Source: Halopseudomonas sp. (GTDB lineage Bacteria; Pseudomonadota; Gammaproteobacteria; Pseudomonadales; Balneatricaceae). Taken from it: DNA of 64,000 nt. The position numbers were made by a program, and so were the translations under genes. The stretch covers positions 10,137-74,136 of the forward strand of contig JBALWS010000005.1 of the NCBI GenBank assembly GCA_036960405.1, written 5' to 3'. The notes under the pieces were generated by a model. That model saw nothing but the letters and a program-made list of their open reading frames with translations. It was not told where the DNA came from and searched no databases. Below, piece after piece: positions 52,283 to 60,753 of the stretch (its first letter is position 1; every line of letters starts with the position of its first letter).

Positions 52283-53167
52283 TCAATAATCAACACCACT
52301 GACATAGTTACCGACTAGATTGCCGACCTGTAACTGCCGATATCGAAGCAGAGCGTCCTGCAACACCGTCTGCTCAGCCTGGTTCATATTTGGGGGCTTC
52401 AGAGCGGGCAGCCACTGCAGCAGGTTATCCAGATCATGAATATCACCCAGCTTCGCTGCCAACTTCTTAAACTGGAGTTGCTCAGTACAAGGGACACTCA
52501 ATCCAATCGACGCCAGCATCTGACCTTGGTAATAGCGCACTTTCACTCGCTTACGCCAATAATGGAATACCGCTGCCTGCTGCTGCGCAAGGGCTATTTT
52601 GGCCGCCCGTTGCTGGCGCTCGTCACTGCCCCCCAACGCCTGTTCCAACCCAAAATCCGAAGGCCATTGCAGCGGCAGCATTAACGCCGCTTGCTGAGCC
52701 AGCAAATCTAGCAATCGTAGCTTGTCTGGTTGCTCAATCGTCAATGGCAAGCGCTCCAACCAGCAACCCAATCGCAACAGTGACGGGATCGCCGCGGCCA
52801 GTTCTCCCCCCTGCCAGCGACTGGCCAGCGAATAACAGAGCAGTGGCAGCACCTGCGCATCCCGCGTTTCCGATAACAGACCCGATAGCTGCCGCAACTG
52901 TTGATTTGCCTGAACCGCCAATGGCTTAAAGTCGGTCTGCCGCCAGAGTCGCCACCAGGCCCGCAACCGTTTACTCAGTACCCGAACATCGTGCACCGGC
53001 TCCGTTTCCAACCAGCCATCGCTACTCAGCAACCTTCCGATCTCATCCTGGCAGGCTGTTGCCAAACCTAACAACGACTCCGGCTCTATTTCCAACGGGA
53101 CGGCTTGCGACGGTTTGGCTGGCACCACAAAGACACCCTCTGAGGTCATAACGACTACGCTTAACAA
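52283..53167 (-). CDS. CHAD domain (polyphosphate-binding) protein; start uncertain
   Basis: VHDVRVLSKRLRA, ETRDAQV, FHYWRKRVK, LGDIHDL. Confidence 0.85.
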   Translation of the reverse strand: MLSVVVMTSEGVFVVPAKPSQAVPLEIEPESLLGLATACQDEIGRLLSSDGWLETEPVHDVRVLSKRLRAWWRLWRQTDFKPLAVQANQQLRQLSGLLSETRDAQVLPLLCYSLASRWQGGELAAAIPSLLRLGCWLERLPLTIEQPDKLRLLDLLAQQAALMLPLQWPSDFGLEQALGGSDERQQRAAKIALAQQQAAVFHYWRKRVKVRYYQGQMLASIGLSVPCTEQLQFKKLAAKLGDIHDLDNLLQWLPALKPPNMNQAEQTVLQDALLRYRQLQVGNLVGNYVSGVDY

Positions 53168-53193
53168 CAGGTTCAGCCATCAACGACACGGCC

Positions 53194-53691
53194 ATGAAAC
53201 GACTGATCTTAATCCGCCACGCTAAATCCAGCTGGAAGCAACCGCAGCTCAGCGACCACGAGCGTCCGCTGAACAAACGGGGTAAACGAAGTATAGAACT
53301 GATGCGACAGCATCTGGCAAAGCAACCTCCCAAGTTAGAGATGCTATACAGCAGCAGCGCTACGCGAGCACTAACGACTGCCGTCGGGCTTGCCGACGCT
53401 GTATCGATTGATGGCCAAGTAGAAATTGCCGATACGCTGTATGATTTCGATTGGCAGCCGATATGGCGATTTCTTAGCCATCAGCCCGATGCGCTATGCA
53501 GCCTGGCATTGGTCGGGCACAACCCAGCATTGCAACAGCTTTACCAACAAATAACCCTGGAAACGCTCGACCACCTGCCTACCTGCGGCCTGCTTGAATT
53601 AGAGCTTGAGATAGAGAGCTGGGATCAACTCGCTGCTGGCTGCGGACAATTGAGTCAATCTATATTCCCGAAACAACTGCTCGACAGGTAA
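53194..53691 (+). CDS. sixA: SixA-like histidine phosphatase
   Basis: LIRHAKS, DHERPLNKRG, SSATRA, VGHNP, PTCG. Confidence 0.88.
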   Translation: MKRLILIRHAKSSWKQPQLSDHERPLNKRGKRSIELMRQHLAKQPPKLEMLYSSSATRALTTAVGLADAVSIDGQVEIADTLYDFDWQPIWRFLSHQPDALCSLALVGHNPALQQLYQQITLETLDHLPTCGLLELELEIESWDQLAAGCGQLSQSIFPKQLLDR

Positions 53692-53696
53692 AGAGG

Positions 53697-53975
53697 CTAT
53701 TCGCTATCCGTCGGCTTTCGCTCTCCCGCATCGGTCTGGGCCTGCCTTAGCAGCGCGATCCCTTTTTTACGCTGCGAATGCACCAAGTCAATCTTCAACT
53801 GCAACTTGTCTCGGCGGGCACTGTTTTGCTCCCGCTCAAGCTCGGCCAGCATTTTTTTCTCTTTCAGACGAAGCTGTTCCAGCACCTCGTTGAGCGACTG
53901 CTGGGTCTGCTGGTTGTTGCGAATATCAGCATCAAACATGGCTCGAATTCGATTGATTAGTTTTTTGGTTTTCAC
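53697..53975 (-). CDS. Small basic coiled-coil hypothetical protein
   Basis: 92 aa, GGAGG SD, 4-bp overlap with Na/Pi cotransporter stop. Confidence 0.75.
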   Translation of the reverse strand: MKTKKLINRIRAMFDADIRNNQQTQQSLNEVLEQLRLKEKKMLAELEREQNSARRDKLQLKIDLVHSQRKKGIALLRQAQTDAGERKPTDSE

Positions 53976-55792
53976 ATCACCCTCCGAGCCTGTTCGGCAG
54001 CGCCAAGTACTTCATTAAGTTCCGCATCGTCTAACGAGAGCTCCCGCTCTACCGAGCTGCGTTTGCGCTCGCCTTGGGTAAATAGCGTCGTTGCCATCGC
54101 TAGCAAACTGTCATGAATATCAGCAACGTAGCTCGAATCATTGATCAAAGAACTCCCCATCTGCGGCGTGATATGCCCTTCACGTATCAACTGATAAAAA
54201 CGCAGGTTCTGCTTCTGATCCCACTCCAACTGCTCCAGCTTGATCTCATCCAATACCAGCAATGAGCTCTCTTCGGGGTCTTGACTTCGAATCTGCTCCA
54301 GTTGACGTAGCAGCTCCGCTACCCGAATACGCAACTGGTTGTATTCACGCCGAATGTGGTAATTATCAGACAACAGATAACGCAGCATGTTCTTCTGCAG
54401 ATGTTTACAGGCCTTTACGGCCTCAACGATATGGGTATTGGCGTCGCGCAGCCAATGCAGGGTGCCTGACTGCTGCTCCTTCCAGGTAAAGGCGGCATCG
54501 CTGATAAACGCAATAATGGCGCTAAACAAACTCTTAATGCGCCGCTGGTACAGATCGTCGATATTGACCTGGGGGATCTTGTTTTGGGCATTCAACGGCT
54601 TTTCTAGGTCAACATCGGCCAGCACCTGCCCCTTACTCATTCCCAAACCGCTAATAATAATATCGCGAGCGTTGTCGTAAACCCGGTTGGTTTCCTGGCG
54701 CACCGCCTCGACAGCGGTATCAGGAAACTGAACCGCCGAAGGTACGATATACTGCGGCTGTTCGATTTCGACAATTTCATCCTTAATCAACCGTTCCAAC
54801 AACACCACCATCTTACCGATCAATGGCAGCATCAGCGCCACCCCCAGCAGATTGAAGATGGTGTGGAAAACCGCCAGTTTAAGGGTGTAATTGTCACTAT
54901 CGATGCCCAGCCATAGGCTAAGCCAATCGACTGTTTGAACCAACGGGCTGATCAGCGCAATCGCCACCACCCCGGTAGTGACATTAAAGATAAGGTGCGC
55001 GCCGGCCAAACGACGCCCCTGCGCGTTGGAGCCCATCGCTCCGATAATGGCGGTAATTGTGGTACCAACATTGGCGCCGATCGCCAACGCCAACGCATTT
55101 TCGTAACTGATCTGCCCCGATGACAGGGCGGTAATAATCAACACCAAGGTGGCGTGGCTCGATTGCATCACCACCGTCGCCAAGGTACCAATCGCAGCAT
55201 AAAGAAACAGGCCAGGGTAACCGGGTACCGCGTAGGCCGCCAAATCGAAGCTATCTTTGAAAGCCTCAAAGCCCTCTTTCATGTAGTGAATGCCGAGGAA
55301 CAGAAATCCTAACCCAGCCAGAACGTAGCCGATCCCTTTAAGGTGCGAAGCCTTCTGAAACAGCAAGATCACCCCGAACACCAGCATCGGCATCGCGTAA
55401 GCGGACAGTTTTACCTTGAGACCGAAGCCCGCCACCAGCCAAGCACCGGTTGTGGTGCCAAGGTTGGCGCCAAAGATGATACCGATACCTTCGCTCAACC
55501 CGAGCAGACCGGCACTCATAAAGGAGATAGTGATAACCGATACCAATGAGCTGGACTGCATCAGGGTGGTGGTCAAGACACCAAACCCGACACTTTTCCA
55601 GAGTCGGTCGGTGGAGCGTTTAAGCACCTTCTCAAGTACCCCGCCGGAGAAAGCGCGAAACCCCTCCTCCAACGACAACATGCCAAACAGAAACACCGCG
55701 ACCCCGGCGGAGATCGCTTTAAAATCAGGGCTGATCCAAAAGCCGTAAGCCAGCAATATAAAAATAGAAGGTAACAACGCTTTACGTAGCAT
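53972..55792 (-). CDS. Na/Pi cotransporter family protein with PhoU-like C-terminal domain
   Basis: Two QSS repeats (MQSSS, MQSSH), GANLGTT and GANVGTT, FHTIFN; helical C-terminus. Confidence 0.93.
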   Translation of the reverse strand: MLRKALLPSIFILLAYGFWISPDFKAISAGVAVFLFGMLSLEEGFRAFSGGVLEKVLKRSTDRLWKSVGFGVLTTTLMQSSSLVSVITISFMSAGLLGLSEGIGIIFGANLGTTTGAWLVAGFGLKVKLSAYAMPMLVFGVILLFQKASHLKGIGYVLAGLGFLFLGIHYMKEGFEAFKDSFDLAAYAVPGYPGLFLYAAIGTLATVVMQSSHATLVLIITALSSGQISYENALALAIGANVGTTITAIIGAMGSNAQGRRLAGAHLIFNVTTGVVAIALISPLVQTVDWLSLWLGIDSDNYTLKLAVFHTIFNLLGVALMLPLIGKMVVLLERLIKDEIVEIEQPQYIVPSAVQFPDTAVEAVRQETNRVYDNARDIIISGLGMSKGQVLADVDLEKPLNAQNKIPQVNIDDLYQRRIKSLFSAIIAFISDAAFTWKEQQSGTLHWLRDANTHIVEAVKACKHLQKNMLRYLLSDNYHIRREYNQLRIRVAELLRQLEQIRSQDPEESSLLVLDEIKLEQLEWDQKQNLRFYQLIREGHITPQMGSSLINDSSYVADIHDSLLAMATTLFTQGERKRSSVERELSLDDAELNEVLGAAEQARRVM

Positions 55793-55921
55793 ACAGAGCG
55801 GCCCGGTTTCTCTTAGCAAGTATTATCAAGGTGTGTATATCACTACAGCCTGTAATGATAGATAGGTAGTTATGCGTCAAAAAAGCCTATAAATGCAAGC
55901 CCACTGCGATAAAATGGCGCA

Positions 55922-56176
55922 ATGAAACAGCTATTACTTATATTTATCCGCGGCTACCAGTGGCTAATCAGCCCGCTGTTAGGCAGCAATTGTCGTTATT
56001 ACCCCACCTGCTCGAGCTACTGCATCGAGGCGATTGAAATCCATGGTCCCGTGCGCGGACTCTACTTGGGCACCCGCCGCTTGTTACGCTGCCATCCGTT
56101 TACCCAAGGAGGAATCGATCTGGTACCGGAAAAAGCGTGCAACTGTACAAAAATCGATAAAAAACAAGATATTTAG
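55922..56176 (+). CDS. yidD: Membrane protein insertion efficiency factor
   Basis: [38 protein letters not shown]. Confidence 0.93.
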   Translation: MKQLLLIFIRGYQWLISPLLGSNCRYYPTCSSYCIEAIEIHGPVRGLYLGTRRLLRCHPFTQGGIDLVPEKACNCTKIDKKQDI

Positions 56177-56241
56177 CTTTTTCCATTGACCCGAGCAAGA
56201 CCGCTGTCTATATCATGTAGAGTCATCTATAAGGTTGTTGC

Positions 56242-58422
56242 ATGTTCACACCCAGCGCTGTTATCACCGCCATCGTTCTGTATATGGCACTCCTGTTCAT
56301 CATTGCCCTGTTAGTCGAACGCAATAACAGCACCCGCGTGCGCCCGCATACCCCGGGACTGGTTTACGCACTCTCTATAACCGTTTACTGCACCTCTTGG
56401 ACCTTCTATGGCAGCGTCGAATTTGCCGCAGAATCGGGATTGCTGTTCTTTGCCATCTACATTGGAGCCATCATCGCTATCCTGACCTGGTGGACGGTGT
56501 TACGGCGTATGGTGCGAATCAAAGAGGCTTACCACATCACCAGTATCGCCGACTTTATTTCGGCACGTTATAACCGCTCCCAACTGGTCGCCGCGCTGGT
56601 TACCCTGATCGCCTTGATCGGTATCGTGCCTTACACCGCGCTACAGCTTAAAGCGGTCACCCGATCTTTCACCGTGCTAACGGCATCGGAAGCCAGCAGC
56701 GATATCAGCCAACTAACCGGGATCCTGGTTCCGGTGGTGATGGTCGCCTTCACCATCCTATTCGGTGCCCGTAAACTCGACTCTACCGAGCGGCACTTGG
56801 GGGTCATGTCGGTATTGGCTGTTCAGGGAATCGTTAAGCTGGTGGCATTTCTCGCGGTAGGGCTGTTTGTGACTTACGGCATGTATGACGGCTTGGGTGA
56901 TGTGTTTGAACGGATCCATTTCGCGGGGTTGTCCCATCTGGTCAACATCCAGATTCCAGAAGGGTCGAGCATGCTGCACTGGTTCACGCTGGTCGTACTC
57001 GGCGCCGTGTCGATTCAATGCCTACCGCGCCAGTTTCACGCCACCGTTGTAGAAAACGCCACCGAACGCCATATTGTTCCGGCGATGTGGATCGTGCCCA
57101 GCTACCTAATTTTGATCGGCATCTTTGTTATACCTATAGCCGCGGCGGGCTTACTGACAGGGCTGCCGCTAACAAACGCCGATACCTTCATCCTATTACT
57201 ACCGCAACAAGCCGGTGCAGACTGGCTCTCTATGACCGCATTTATCGGTGGATTTTCAGCCGCAACCGGAATGATCATCTTAAGCGCGATGACGCTATCC
57301 ACCATGGCCACCAACCATCTTTTGATGGCTATCATCGAACGGATTAAAGCGCTCAATTTTCTGCGCAGCTATCTGCTGCAATGTCGCTGGGTGATGATCG
57401 GGCTGATTATCGCTAGCGGCTACTGGTTCTCCGTCACCTTCAGCGATAGCTACATGCTGGTCGCGATGGGAATGATCTCCTTCGTCGCCGTGTTCCAGTT
57501 CGCGCCGGTGATGTTTGGCGGCCTGTTTTGGCAACGTGGTAACCGGGTCGGCGCGATCGCTGGCCTCAGCGCCGGTTTTATCCTCTGGTTCTACACGCTG
57601 GTGCTGCCCGCCTTTAGCGGACATGGATTGCCCCAAGAACTACTAACCCAGGGACCGTGGAATATCACCTGGCTACGACCACAACAGCTGTTCGGCTTAG
57701 ACGGACTCTCTCCGGTCAGTCACAGTACGTTTTGGTCGTTGGTCTTTAACCTGGGTTTTTACTTGCTGGGTTCGATGCTGCACCAACCCACCAAAGAGGA
57801 ACGAACTCACCGCAAGGAGTTTATGAATGCGCTGATCTCGGGCAGCACCCGACACCACGGTCGCGCCACCGGGCTGGATGCCTATATCTCCTACGATGAC
57901 AAAATTGATGAAGCCACCCGCTTATTACAAGGCTACTTACCCGAAGTAAAAGCGGAGTCGATTGTTCAGCAGATCACCGAAGAGCTGCACATCGATAGCA
58001 ATGAGTATTTGACCATCATCGAGCTGCTGGAATTTCATCGTATGCTCGAACACGCGCTATCGGGCGCAATCGGCAGCGCCAGCGCCCACCAAGCGGTTGA
58101 GAAAACCATCCACTACAGCGACCGGGAAACCCGTGATCTGCAAGCGATGTACAGCCACATCCAAACCGAACTGCTGAGCCAGCCTATCTCCAACGCGCCC
58201 TATTCTCCGATCAGCAGTCCCAACGATAACGGGCTGTCATTTATCGAAAATCTGCAAAGCCAGATCGATCAACTGAAACAATCGGCAGCGACCCAGCAAC
58301 AGGCGCTGGACAAACTGCAGCTACGGCTAGAAAAAAGTGATGAGAAGCTGTTTGAGCAACGGGTAGTGAATCAAAAGCAGCTACAAGAACTCGAAGAGCT
58401 AAAACAGCAGCTCAAAGGATAA
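56242..58422 (+). CDS. SLC5 (sodium:solute symporter)-STAC protein, CrbS/CbrA-like input module with no kinase domain
   Basis: YALSITVYCTSWTFYGSV, SIADFISARY, LPRQFH, GGFSAATGM, QFAP; STAC-like LEHALSGAIGSASA; ends in coiled coil. Confidence 0.85.
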   Translation: MFTPSAVITAIVLYMALLFIIALLVERNNSTRVRPHTPGLVYALSITVYCTSWTFYGSVEFAAESGLLFFAIYIGAIIAILTWWTVLRRMVRIKEAYHITSIADFISARYNRSQLVAALVTLIALIGIVPYTALQLKAVTRSFTVLTASEASSDISQLTGILVPVVMVAFTILFGARKLDSTERHLGVMSVLAVQGIVKLVAFLAVGLFVTYGMYDGLGDVFERIHFAGLSHLVNIQIPEGSSMLHWFTLVVLGAVSIQCLPRQFHATVVENATERHIVPAMWIVPSYLILIGIFVIPIAAAGLLTGLPLTNADTFILLLPQQAGADWLSMTAFIGGFSAATGMIILSAMTLSTMATNHLLMAIIERIKALNFLRSYLLQCRWVMIGLIIASGYWFSVTFSDSYMLVAMGMISFVAVFQFAPVMFGGLFWQRGNRVGAIAGLSAGFILWFYTLVLPAFSGHGLPQELLTQGPWNITWLRPQQLFGLDGLSPVSHSTFWSLVFNLGFYLLGSMLHQPTKEERTHRKEFMNALISGSTRHHGRATGLDAYISYDDKIDEATRLLQGYLPEVKAESIVQQITEELHIDSNEYLTIIELLEFHRMLEHALSGAIGSASAHQAVEKTIHYSDRETRDLQAMYSHIQTELLSQPISNAPYSPISSPNDNGLSFIENLQSQIDQLKQSAATQQQALDKLQLRLEKSDEKLFEQRVVNQKQLQELEELKQQLKG

Positions 58423-58425
58423 CCA

Positions 58426-58665
58426 TCAATCCAGATCATGATGTGCGCCATCACAAAACGGCGCGTCCTCGGTCTGTTTACACAAGCAGAATTTCAGCTG
58501 CTGCTTGCGCTCGACAGTAAACGCTAACGGGGTCAAGCCGGTACCTTTATGCGAACCATCACAAAACGGTTGCTGTTTTGAACGCCCGCAGCGGCAGTAA
58601 TAATACTCTCCCGCTTCCAGCTCAAGCCACACGGGTTTGCGCCCTGCTATCACAACCTCTGCCAT
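58426..58665 (-). CDS. Tandem CDGSH iron-sulfur protein (MiNT/CISD3-like)
   Basis: CRCGRSKQQPFCDGSH and CLCKQTEDAPFCDGAH; start set at MAEVV (79 aa). Confidence 0.93.
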   Translation of the reverse strand: MAEVVIAGRKPVWLELEAGEYYYCRCGRSKQQPFCDGSHKGTGLTPLAFTVERKQQLKFCLCKQTEDAPFCDGAHHDLD

Positions 58666-58723
58666 CACCCTCTCCCACCGACCTGATTGCAAAACAGTGT
58701 AGACACTATCCGCCAATACTGTT

Positions 58724-59458
58724 TTATCGCGACGAGTTGGCGAGGCGGTCAATATAGCGCTGTAAGTTTTCGACTCGCTCATCACTGCTGGGATGAGTTG
58801 CCAATATGCCGAGCCCTCTATCGGTCGATAAACGTTGAAGTTGCTGCTGAAAACGCACAGCACCTTGTGGATCGAAGCCAACCCGAACCATTAACTCGAT
58901 GCCATATTGATCGGCCTCACGCTCCTGATCACGGCTATAGCCGGCCTTAATCATCTCGTTACCCGCCAGCACAACCAAACTGCTCAACGGTAAAATAAGA
59001 TCGGCCACCGTGCCCAGCAACTCCGCAGTAGTGTCTTGATCCGCAATGCTCTGACGATGATTGTCGGACAGCTGGTCCAACTCGATGTGGCCAATTTCAT
59101 GGGCCAACACAAAAGCCATTGCCGCCTGGTCGTAGCCGACCATATCGATCAAACCGACGTTCAAACGAACCCGTGCCACACCGTTCTTGTCAACGCTAGC
59201 AAACGCATTGGGGTTCGGATCCGCTACGATATCCAGCGGCAGATGGCTGCCACTAGCCTGTTGCAGACGTAGATAACTTGCACGAATCTGCCGATCCAGG
59301 TCGGCAGGAATCGAGGCTTTGTGCTGCTGCCAGACCACCACTCCACTCGACTGCACCGGCGGATGGACCGGTGTGGCACTACAGCCGATCAACGCCACGA
59401 GCCAGAATCCCAGTATCCACCGAGACACCTCTGACTTTCCAAAATCTAAACTCATCAC
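58724..59458 (-). CDS. M48 family metallopeptidase, lipoprotein
   Basis: Lipobox LIG-C; PNAFA, HEIGH, EREAD, THP. Confidence 0.9.
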   Translation of the reverse strand: MMSLDFGKSEVSRWILGFWLVALIGCSATPVHPPVQSSGVVVWQQHKASIPADLDRQIRASYLRLQQASGSHLPLDIVADPNPNAFASVDKNGVARVRLNVGLIDMVGYDQAAMAFVLAHEIGHIELDQLSDNHRQSIADQDTTAELLGTVADLILPLSSLVVLAGNEMIKAGYSRDQEREADQYGIELMVRVGFDPQGAVRFQQQLQRLSTDRGLGILATHPSSDERVENLQRYIDRLANSSR

Positions 59459-59584
59459 CTCAAATCTCTCACAAGGGCGCTATAACGTCTTGAAATAACT
59501 ATATCTCATAATAAGCTAATCCCCAGTGTGTGTTATGGATATAATCAACCGACAATAACTGAACTCAGCCACAGGACCTTGAGC

Positions 59585-60553
59585 ATGAGCGCAATTTTTT
59601 CTGACAACTCCCTCTCTATCGGCAACACCCCACTGATCAAGATCAACCACCTTGGCAACGCCAATATCTGGGCCAAGATCGAGAGCCGAAACCCGGCCAA
59701 TTCAGTCAAGTGTCGAATCGGCGCCAGCATGATCTGGGACGCCGAAAAATCGGGCAAACTCAAACCGGGTATGACCATCGTTGAACCCACCAGCGGAAAT
59801 ACCGGTATCGCGCTCTGTTTCGTCGCCGCAGCGCGAGGCTACAAAATGATTCTTACCATGCCGGCTACCATGAGCATCGAGCGCCGCAAAGTGATGAAGG
59901 CGCTGGGGGCGGAGATCGTCCTGACCGAAGGCCCTAAAGGGATGAAGGGGGCCATCGATAAAGCGCAAGAGATCGTCGATAACGATCCGGCCAACCACTT
60001 CCTACCGCAGCAATTTGAAAACCCAGCCAACCCACTGATCCACGAGCAGACCACCGGCCCTGAGATTTGGCAAGATACCGATGGTCAAATCGATGTGCTG
60101 ATTTCCGGTGTCGGCACCGGCGGTACGATCTCGGGCGTCTCGCGTTACATCAAACAGCAGCAAGGCAAGGCGATCACTTCGGTTGCCGTAGAGCCGGTCG
60201 ATTCGCCCGTCATCAGCCAGCAGCTTAGCGGTCAACCGCTGCAGCCCTCACCCCACAAGATCCAAGGTATTGGCGCCGGTTTTATCCCTAAGAATCTCGA
60301 TCTGTCCATCGTTGATCAAGTCGAGCAGGTCAGCAACGATGACGCGATCGATTTTGCTCGCCGGCTGATGCGTGAAGAGGGTATTCTGGCTGGCATATCC
60401 AGCGGTGCGGCCATGGCTGCGGCGGTTCGAGTATCGCAACAGCCCGAGCACCAAGGCAAAAACATTGTCGTGATCCTGCCCGATTCCGGCGAACGCTACC
60501 TCTCAACCGCCCTGTTCGAAGGGGTTTTCAGCGAAAATGAGTCGGTGCAATAA
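59585..60553 (+). CDS. cysK: Cysteine synthase A
   Basis: IGNTPL, PLP Lys in [39 protein letters not shown]. Confidence 0.96.
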   Translation: MSAIFSDNSLSIGNTPLIKINHLGNANIWAKIESRNPANSVKCRIGASMIWDAEKSGKLKPGMTIVEPTSGNTGIALCFVAAARGYKMILTMPATMSIERRKVMKALGAEIVLTEGPKGMKGAIDKAQEIVDNDPANHFLPQQFENPANPLIHEQTTGPEIWQDTDGQIDVLISGVGTGGTISGVSRYIKQQQGKAITSVAVEPVDSPVISQQLSGQPLQPSPHKIQGIGAGFIPKNLDLSIVDQVEQVSNDDAIDFARRLMREEGILAGISSGAAMAAAVRVSQQPEHQGKNIVVILPDSGERYLSTALFEGVFSENESVQ

Positions 60554-60597
60554 TCCCGCTACTGGTTCGTTGGTTAACGCCAACGTCTGACCCTCTC

Positions 60598-60622
60598 CAC
60601 AAGCCGCCAACGGCGGCTTGTG
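60598..60622 (+). terminator. Hairpin after cysK
   Basis: CACAAGCCGCC-AAC-GGCGGCTTGTG. Confidence 0.7.
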
Positions 60623-60753
60623 TTCCGCATCGTAACAACAACCCGACTCATCACTCAATAACTGACCTGCATCAACTATTTACCGACCGGGTTCGGATAA
60701 ACTAAATCATTCTCAAATCTGGGAAGTACTGCGTTTAAGCCGAGATCGTTACT

